Assembly (NCBI GenBank): GCA_054661495.1
Contig: BAAFSQ010000126.1
Coordinates: 1-28,177 of the forward strand
Reading direction: 5' to 3'
DNA from: Zygophlyctis sp. KS116
Taxonomy: Eukaryota; Fungi; Chytridiomycota
Length of the DNA: 28,177 bases
The position numbers were made by a program, and so were the translations under genes. Under the pieces are notes generated by a model. That model did not search any database. It saw only the letters and a list, made by a program, of their open reading frames with translations, and was not told the origin of the DNA. Shown in pieces: positions 22,067 through 28,177 of the stretch (within the stretch, counting starts at the first letter, position 1; each line of letters begins with the position of its first letter).

Positions 22067-22543
22067 ATGTTGCGATCATTAATTCCTAAATTCCAATTGC
22101 CTCTTGGACGATCTTGGTATACTAGTATTTTTTATATTATTAAGTCTATAGCCCGTAGATATACATCGGATCATGAATGGGTAAGTCTACATAACGGAGT
22201 TGCTACAATTGGAATTTCTGACTATGCTCAGAAAGCACTCGGAGATGTAGTCTACATTGAGTTTCCTCAGGTTGGAGCTTCTTTTAATCAAAAGGGTATT
22301 TTATTAACTCTTATATTAGATCCTTTGGGAGCAGTAGAATCAGTCAAGGCAGCGTCTGATATCTACGCTCCAATTTCTGGTTCTGTTTTAAAAGTAAATC
22401 AAGATCTTGAAGGTAAACCAGGACTTATTAATTCTTCTCCTTTTGATCAAGGATGGATAGTACAATTAAAATGCAATGATGCAAAACAATTGGAAAATCT
22501 ATTAGATGAAGAGAGTTACAAAAAGTATATTGATAGCCTTTAA
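22067..22543 (+). CDS. GCV3: Glycine cleavage system H protein, mitochondrial, 3 exons
   Basis: YTSDHEWV, IGISDYAQKALGDVVYIE, lipoyl motif VESVKAASDIYAP; two in-frame stop-free introns 22125-22151 (27) and 22296-22319 (24). Confidence 0.95.
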   Translation: MLRSLIPKFQLPLGRSWYTSIFYIIKSIARRYTSDHEWVSLHNGVATIGISDYAQKALGDVVYIEFPQVGASFNQKGILLTLILDPLGAVESVKAASDIYAPISGSVLKVNQDLEGKPGLINSSPFDQGWIVQLKCNDAKQLENLLDEESYKKYIDSL

Positions 22544-23052
22544 ACATCTTTAAGTTTTTTAAAAGGTTGAATTTCTGATTCATCTAGACTCTTTCTCTTG
22601 GAGTCTTTTTTGATTCCCAGTCTTAGAATTATTTTCTTTTCGCCACCTGTAGCTCCCAAAGTATTTGAAGTATTTGATGATTCAGTTTTAGGAATTTTAC
22701 AAGTCGTTACAGTAGAGTTTAATGTAGAATTAGGATCTACAAGACCCATTGGAACGTTTACAGTCTGTTTAATAGGATCTGGAATAGGGATTTGATTTGG
22801 ATCTACCTGATCGACAGTAAAAATTCTAATAATATCATCAATATTAAGATCTGGTTTAGTTTTAGAAAAGGTCGAAGAGAGAGAATGGCCTTGAAAATCA
22901 ATTTCTCCGGGTAAATCTGATAAATAGCTTGACAGACCAGTTGATGATGAGTTGATTAAATAGTCTTTGACTTGTTGTTTTAATGAAAATCGTTCAAATA
23001 CATCATGGTCTTTTGGGTTGATTTCACTGAGAGGAATTCTTGATCCAAACAT
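22540..23052 (-). CDS. Probable Mediator subunit Med19-like protein
   Basis: LSSYLSDLPGEID resembles the Med19 core LSNFLPDLPGMID as I recall it; basic C-terminus. Single-motif support only. Confidence 0.5.
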   Translation of the reverse strand: MFGSRIPLSEINPKDHDVFERFSLKQQVKDYLINSSSTGLSSYLSDLPGEIDFQGHSLSSTFSKTKPDLNIDDIIRIFTVDQVDPNQIPIPDPIKQTVNVPMGLVDPNSTLNSTVTTCKIPKTESSNTSNTLGATGGEKKIILRLGIKKDSKRKSLDESEIQPFKKLKDV

Positions 23053-23285
23053 TCTACGCCAAAGCCTAGTTTTAGGTTTCCTTGCTTTTATGATAGTATT
23101 GCTTTAGTGATTTAGATATCTGTTCTAGACTAAAGAATTTAGACTTGAATTTTATTGTGAAGCTCTGAATTATTAGAGTTTTTGAAGACGCGGACAAGAT
23201 CTTTTGCTAATTCTTTTAATAGATTTAGGACTGAAAGAAAACTTGCCGCACCTAAGCATCTGACCATATTTTTAAAATAAAACAA

Positions 23286-24189
23286 ATGATTGCAGTCTTG
23301 ATTGTTAATGCTTTAGTGATGCATTCAGCCCTCTCTCAAGGTTGTGGGAAGAATGTGCTGGTTGATGATTTCTCAACGACTCAAAACAAGTTTATTGAAG
23401 GCGCTGATCGAATCATCAATAAAATTGGAGGGGATTATGGGACAGACGGCAAAACTACTTTTAGCATTAGTACTACAGATAAAACTATAACTGTCATTCC
23501 TCAAGCTAATGATCAAGTTTTCTTTTTTGCTAAATTTGTAATATTTTTGGTATAATCTAATTATAGGATGAAGGTTCATGCTTTGATCTCACAAATTTCT
23601 ATGGCTTTCAATTTGATCTTTTAGCTCCAGAGGGTGCAACCGGCACTTTTACTCTCACCCAAAAGACTGCTGACTGTTCTGCAAGAGTTGACAGTATGTT
23701 TAGACTCTAAATTAATTTTTAGATGGCGATTCCGTCTATCTTCCTCTTTCTAAATACTATACGACTCCAGGGACGAAACAGACGGTTGTGATGCCGTTTG
23801 CTGATTTTACTCAATTGGCATCTGGTAAAGGTGTTTATGATTTCTTGCATTTGAAGGATTGGACATTTGTAGATCCCAAACCATTGGGTCAGCCTTTTGT
23901 CTTTTCAAACATGATTTTACTAGGGGGTGCTCCTGGATGTAATGGAACAGTGGTAGGTAATGGTACCCTTCCCGGTAATGGTACAGTTGTTGGTAATGGG
24001 ACACTAACGGGAAACGGTACACTTGCCGGGAATGGTACACTTGCCGGGAATGGTACAATCGGTGGAAATACTGGAAATACTTCCTCTACAGATGGCTCTA
24101 CTGTTCCAACCACAGCTGCTAGTAATGATGCGTATGTTAGTTTTAGTTTAGGCATACTTATTATCTCTATGCTTTCTATTTTTGATTAG
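23286..24189 (+). CDS. Secreted, probably GPI-anchored surface protein (beta-rich N-terminal domain, GNGT stalk), 3 exons
   Basis: Signal peptide; introns 23538-23566 (29) and 23694-23722 (29); C-terminus AASNDAYVSFSLGILIISMLSIFD resembles a GPI signal. Confidence 0.82.
23941..24066 (+). repeat. 18-bp x7 coding repeat, (NGTxxG)7
   Basis: NGTVVG NGTLPG NGTVVG NGTLTG NGTLAG NGTLAG NGTIGG. Confidence 0.9.
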
Positions 24190-24284
24190 TTAGAAACTCT
24201 ATAAAAATGCTTGTTTGAGTTTTTTGAAATTGATAGTGAGTTAAAACTACTTCTAGCCACCTTTCTGAATAATATCAGATTTTT

Positions 24285-25517
24285 TTAGAATAAAGTGAAG
24301 AATGGTTTTCCAAAGACATGTGCTCCATGTACTGTTTCTTGATCACGTAAATCTGTAGATCTCTTTCTCTGAATATCTTGTAAAACATGTAGAACTCTGC
24401 CATATTTTGCTTGATTCTTTGAGCTGGCCATTTCAATAGCTTTTTCTAGGGGATCAGATCCTTTAGTATCACGAAACTTTAAACGAGGATTTAATAATTC
24501 CATTCCAATTCGTTCAATCACATTATCACTGGCAGTTAACATGGCAGTAAGAAAGCTTCTGACTGTTCTAGGCTTCCAAACTTGTTGAGAAAAGAAGTAA
24601 TCTAAATTTTTTACTTTTGGGTTCCATTTTTTCTTGGAATACATCTTTAAAAAGTTTTCACTCCACCGACTTAAATCATGATCTTTAAAGCCTTCTAAAG
24701 CCTTTTTCAAAACCAAGTTAACAAAATCACCCCTAGAATGAAGGAAAGAGTATGCCAATGCTTCATTGAAAACATCCATTCGAATTTTAGGAGTTTCTGT
24801 TGCAGCTATTTCAAGGATAATCCCAAGAGTTTTTTTTTCATCTTGTCCCAAAGATTCCAAGATAAAATACGTATAATAAAATTGCATAGAACTTCTTTTT
24901 AAAATCCACTTTACCATTTCTGTGTGACCATTTCGAGCAGCTAGCGCAAATGGCAGAAATTTGAGATCTGAAAATTGATGGAAATTCTCTTTTTTTACCA
25001 AATATTTCAAAAGATCTAAATTTCCATATTCAAATATACGTTTGATATTATTGTAGCCAACTTTCAGTTTCCCTGCATCTTTGGCATTGTCCAAGAATAA
25101 TTCAAGATTGAAGATCCTATGAAGATCCGATATTTCATTCTTCCCCAAATCTCTAGTGATATAATTGATAATATCTTGATATGTTTGATCCCGTACCTTG
25201 GGATCATTATAGTCCTTTGATGCAAAATATTTTATGATTTCCTGTTCATCCATTACTTTTGCATTGATCGCTTCTCTAAAAGTCAAGAACGGCATGATCT
25301 TATGACTGACTACTAGATTAGGAATACTGTTAGAAGACCATACTTCTTTAAAGCTTTTATAAGTGGGATTTTTAGAATTAGCTAGATTAGATGATAATTG
25401 CTGATTTCCGGACATTCTTCCCAATTTTAGTAATGAATGAGCAGCTGATCTTACTGCCTCTGGGTCAATATCAACTGCGCTGATGCATGCAATGAATGCA
25501 ATGTGAATTATTAGCAT
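24285..25517 (-). CDS. Secreted ankyrin-like protein, tandem paralog 1
   Basis: ATG 25517 MLIIHIAFIACISA signal peptide; ankyrin-like GNLDLLKYLV and ALAARNGHTEMVKWIL; no intron needed. Confidence 0.85.
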   Translation of the reverse strand: MLIIHIAFIACISAVDIDPEAVRSAAHSLLKLGRMSGNQQLSSNLANSKNPTYKSFKEVWSSNSIPNLVVSHKIMPFLTFREAINAKVMDEQEIIKYFASKDYNDPKVRDQTYQDIINYITRDLGKNEISDLHRIFNLELFLDNAKDAGKLKVGYNNIKRIFEYGNLDLLKYLVKKENFHQFSDLKFLPFALAARNGHTEMVKWILKRSSMQFYYTYFILESLGQDEKKTLGIILEIAATETPKIRMDVFNEALAYSFLHSRGDFVNLVLKKALEGFKDHDLSRWSENFLKMYSKKKWNPKVKNLDYFFSQQVWKPRTVRSFLTAMLTASDNVIERIGMELLNPRLKFRDTKGSDPLEKAIEMASSKNQAKYGRVLHVLQDIQRKRSTDLRDQETVHGAHVFGKPFFTLF

Positions 25518-25684
25518 TTTTTGTAACCAATTTTTAGATTCAAATTTTCCCAAATCAGGATCAATTCTCAGAGCAGATGCATTGGTCACTGGTGGCAGAA
25601 ACGAGATTTAACAATGGTCAGTGTTTTTATTGCCACATGAAATGAAAAGCGGCCATTTAAACCATCCGCCAGAAGCTCCAAACA

Positions 25685-26575
25685 TTAGTCCACAGGATGA
25701 AAAGCCGCTCCAAATCCTTCAAGATACACTGGGTCATCGAATCTGGGTGGTTTTTTGAAATCTAGTGGTTGATCAATATCATCTCTCCATTTCTTTCGTT
25801 GAATATTTTGCAAAACATTCAGAACTCTTCCATAAGTAGCTGAATTCTTTGTACTAGCTAATTGTAGAGCCTTTTCAAGTGGTTCCAATCCCCAAGAATC
25901 ATTAAAAATTAGACGTGGATTCAATAATTCCATTCCTATACGTTCAACAACGTTATCAGGTGCTTTTGTCATTGCAACCAATATACTGCTGACTGTTGTA
26001 GGATTCCACACTTTTTGAGAAAAGAAATAATCTAAATTTTCCACTGCCGGATTCCATATTTTCCTTGCATACATCTTTATAAACTTTTCACCAAACCATC
26101 TTGGGCTATATGTATCAGGAAAGTTTTTGGAAACCTTAAATAAGACATAGTCCACGTAATCTAGTCGATTATAAAAGAAAGAAAATGATATAGCTAAAGC
26201 TAAAATGTCTATATGATTGTTGACCGATAGATTTTCCGCTATTTTGAGTATAGTGGCAAAATTTCGTTTTTGATCGTTTTCAAGAGATTCCATAATTGAA
26301 TATTTGTAATCATTAAAAGTGGGATTCGGTTCAAAAATCAATTTAATCATTTCTTTTTGACCTTTCTGGACAGAGTTGTATATCTTCTTCTGATCATTTT
26401 CGTTCAATTTGGCAGAATATTTGATTTTTTTAGAATTAGCTAATAAAGGGGTAATCTGCTGATTTCCGGACATTCTTCCAGATTGTTGTAATGACTGAGC
26501 AGATGTTCTCAATTCATTTGGATCAATATAAACTGCATTGATGCATGCTATGAATGCAAAGAGAAACTTGAGCAT
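25685..26575 (-). CDS. Secreted protein, tandem paralog 2 (internally deleted)
   Basis: Signal peptide MLKFLFAFIACINA; shares LDYFFS and ERIGMELLNPRL blocks; more than 100 aa shorter than its neighbours. Confidence 0.85.
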   Translation of the reverse strand: MLKFLFAFIACINAVYIDPNELRTSAQSLQQSGRMSGNQQITPLLANSKKIKYSAKLNENDQKKIYNSVQKGQKEMIKLIFEPNPTFNDYKYSIMESLENDQKRNFATILKIAENLSVNNHIDILALAISFSFFYNRLDYVDYVLFKVSKNFPDTYSPRWFGEKFIKMYARKIWNPAVENLDYFFSQKVWNPTTVSSILVAMTKAPDNVVERIGMELLNPRLIFNDSWGLEPLEKALQLASTKNSATYGRVLNVLQNIQRKKWRDDIDQPLDFKKPPRFDDPVYLEGFGAAFHPVD

Positions 26576-26708
26576 CTCTTGAATACTTAAATTTTGTTTC
26601 TTTAACGAGAAGGGCTCGACCGACCGGACTCATCTAGAGTTCAAACGTTTGATTGTCTATATTAATTTATTGTAAAACGTCAAATCATCAAATATGATAT
26701 TCCATTGA

Positions 26709-27935
26709 TCACTTCAGCGGATGGAATGATCCAAAACCATCAAGATGTACCGGATTTTCAAGTCTAGGTTTTTTGGCTGCTGTTCCTACATCTCCAGATA
26801 CCTTTTTCTGAATATTTTCTAAAACTTGTTTCACTCTTCCATATGTTGCTTGATTTTTTGAGGTGGTCATTGTTATAGCTTGTTGCAGAGGGTCAGATCC
26901 TTGAGAATCATCAAATCTTAAACGTGGATTTAGTAATTCCATTCCTATACGTTCAACAACGTCATCAGGCGCCTTTTCCATGGCAGATAAGATAATCCTT
27001 ACATTTCTAGGATTCCAAGCTTTGTGAGAAAAGAAATAATCCAAAGCGCTGACTGTTGGGTTTGTTTTTTGATGAGAATACATCCTTAGGAAGTTTTCAC
27101 TCCATTGACTTGAACTTTTTGAGTCTTTGAAGCTGTCTGACGCCTTTTTCAAAACATAATCCACGTAATCTCTACGCTTGTGACATAAAGAATATCCCAA
27201 AGCTTCGGAATAGATATTCATAAGCATTTTAGGCTTTTTTTTGGTAAGCATATCAAGTATAGCTGTAAATGTTGGCTTTTGATTTTGGTGAATAGAAGTT
27301 CCAATCATCCTTTTGTAACTTTCCAATGATGGATTCTTCTCTAGTATCCACTTTACCATTTGAATGTGACCATTTTGAGCAGCTAGCGTATATGGTATAT
27401 ATCTGAAATCTTTGAATTGATGGAAATTCTCTTTTCCTACCAAATATTTTAAAAGGTCCAATTTCCCAAATCTAAATATTTTGTTCAAGTCATATAAGTC
27501 AAGGTTAACTGTCCTTGTTTCTTTTGCATTGTTCAAGAATAATTCAAGATTGAGGATCCTATGAAAATCTGATATTTCATTTTTCTCCAAATCTCTAGTG
27601 ATGTAATTGATAATATCTTGATAAGTTTCTTTCTGTAACTTTGGATCATTGTAGTATTTTGACGCAAAATATTTAATGATTTTGCTTTCCTTTATTGAAT
27701 GTCCATTGATCGCTTTTCTAAAAGTCAAGACAGGTTGGTTACTATGATTGAATAGTAGATTTGTAGGAGGACGTATACCCCTTACTTCCGGAATACTGGC
27801 TATAACCGGTGCATTTGGGTGATTTGCTGATACTCTAACTGATTGCTGGAATGTTTCAGCAGCCGAGCCGATCATTTTCCCCAGAGGATCTACTGCATTG
27901 ATGCATGAGAGTAATGCAAGTACTATTATAAGCAT
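26709..27935 (-). CDS. Secreted ankyrin-like protein, tandem paralog 3
   Basis: ATG 27935 MLIIVLALLSCINA; LAAQNGHIQMVKWIL; C-terminal AAKKPRL. Confidence 0.85.
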   Translation of the reverse strand: MLIIVLALLSCINAVDPLGKMIGSAAETFQQSVRVSANHPNAPVIASIPEVRGIRPPTNLLFNHSNQPVLTFRKAINGHSIKESKIIKYFASKYYNDPKLQKETYQDIINYITRDLEKNEISDFHRILNLELFLNNAKETRTVNLDLYDLNKIFRFGKLDLLKYLVGKENFHQFKDFRYIPYTLAAQNGHIQMVKWILEKNPSLESYKRMIGTSIHQNQKPTFTAILDMLTKKKPKMLMNIYSEALGYSLCHKRRDYVDYVLKKASDSFKDSKSSSQWSENFLRMYSHQKTNPTVSALDYFFSHKAWNPRNVRIILSAMEKAPDDVVERIGMELLNPRLRFDDSQGSDPLQQAITMTTSKNQATYGRVKQVLENIQKKVSGDVGTAAKKPRLENPVHLDGFGSFHPLK

Positions 27936-28177
27936 TCTTGAATTTGAAGTGATTTTCACTGATTTATGACAATCTGCTGCTGCGGTCTTTACTGAGCCGC
28001 AACCGACCCGCAAAACTCAGCAGCAGCTAATGGCCTGTGTTATGTGAAACAAGATAAAACAATGATTGAAAGGATTTATTGGTGATTGGAATAAGTAGCA
28101 TCCTATGAATGATCCTCAACTTTATCTTCTGATTTTCTGTAAATACTGCAAACGCAAAGATGTGTTGAAAATATTCT

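Noticed and set aside
4580-22543. Shared TTAA stops as piggyBac target-site footprints
   Set aside because: No terminal inverted repeats or transposase remnants; TTAA is simply what two overlapping opposite TAA codons spell.
328-23722. Introns as a recently spread introner element family
   Set aside because: They share no sequence similarity beyond splice signals and show no terminal repeats.
604-24155. Short antisense or alternate-frame ORFs (e.g. 604-834, 1788-2084, 15659-16036, 17517-17855, 19693-19923, 22598-22795, 23889-24155)
   Set aside because: They shadow well-supported genes and have no recognisable motifs.
1-28177. Stop-codon reassignment or readthrough (as in some aphelids and ciliates) as the cause of broken ORFs
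   Set aside because: Most breaks change frame and are bounded by GT-AG; TAA ends conserved proteins at their expected C-termini (Skp1, CCS, GCV3).
1-28177. Pseudogenes, sequencing indels or programmed frameshifts
   Set aside because: Removing discrete 21-36 nt GT/GC-AG segments restores essential genes with exact motif continuity.
1-28177. Prokaryotic or viral origin, CRISPR arrays, transposons, tRNA or rRNA genes
   Set aside because: Genes are eukaryotic with introns; I saw no repeat-spacer array, transposase, RT or recognisable RNA gene. Small ncRNAs cannot be excluded by eye.

Overview
AT-rich, very gene-dense eukaryotic DNA, most likely from a flagellated (zoosporic, chytrid-like) fungus: it has fungal housekeeping genes (SKP1, CCS1, POP4, Csm1/Pcs1, RMT2, CAF-1 p150, PIS1, NHP6, GCV3) plus the flagellum-linked TPPP/p25alpha. 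I built about 26 gene models in 28 kb. The main result is that the fragmented ORF track is explained by 37 predicted ultra-short spliceosomal introns of 21-36 nt (mode 25 nt). They have degenerate donors (one GC-AG), often no pyrimidine tract, and a TAA branch-like motif 7-9 nt from the 3' end in about 27 of 37. Compaction is extreme: two convergent gene pairs share a TTAA stop, and one divergent pair has ATGs 34 bp apart. Accessory content includes a TSP1-like/LRR secreted protein with one LRR per 72-nt exon, a GC-richer intronless gene that may be horizontally acquired, a tandem trio of secreted ankyrin-like effector candidates, a CCS lacking MxCxxC, and an inverted paralog pair bracketing the block. 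All intron calls are manual predictions and need RNA confirmation.
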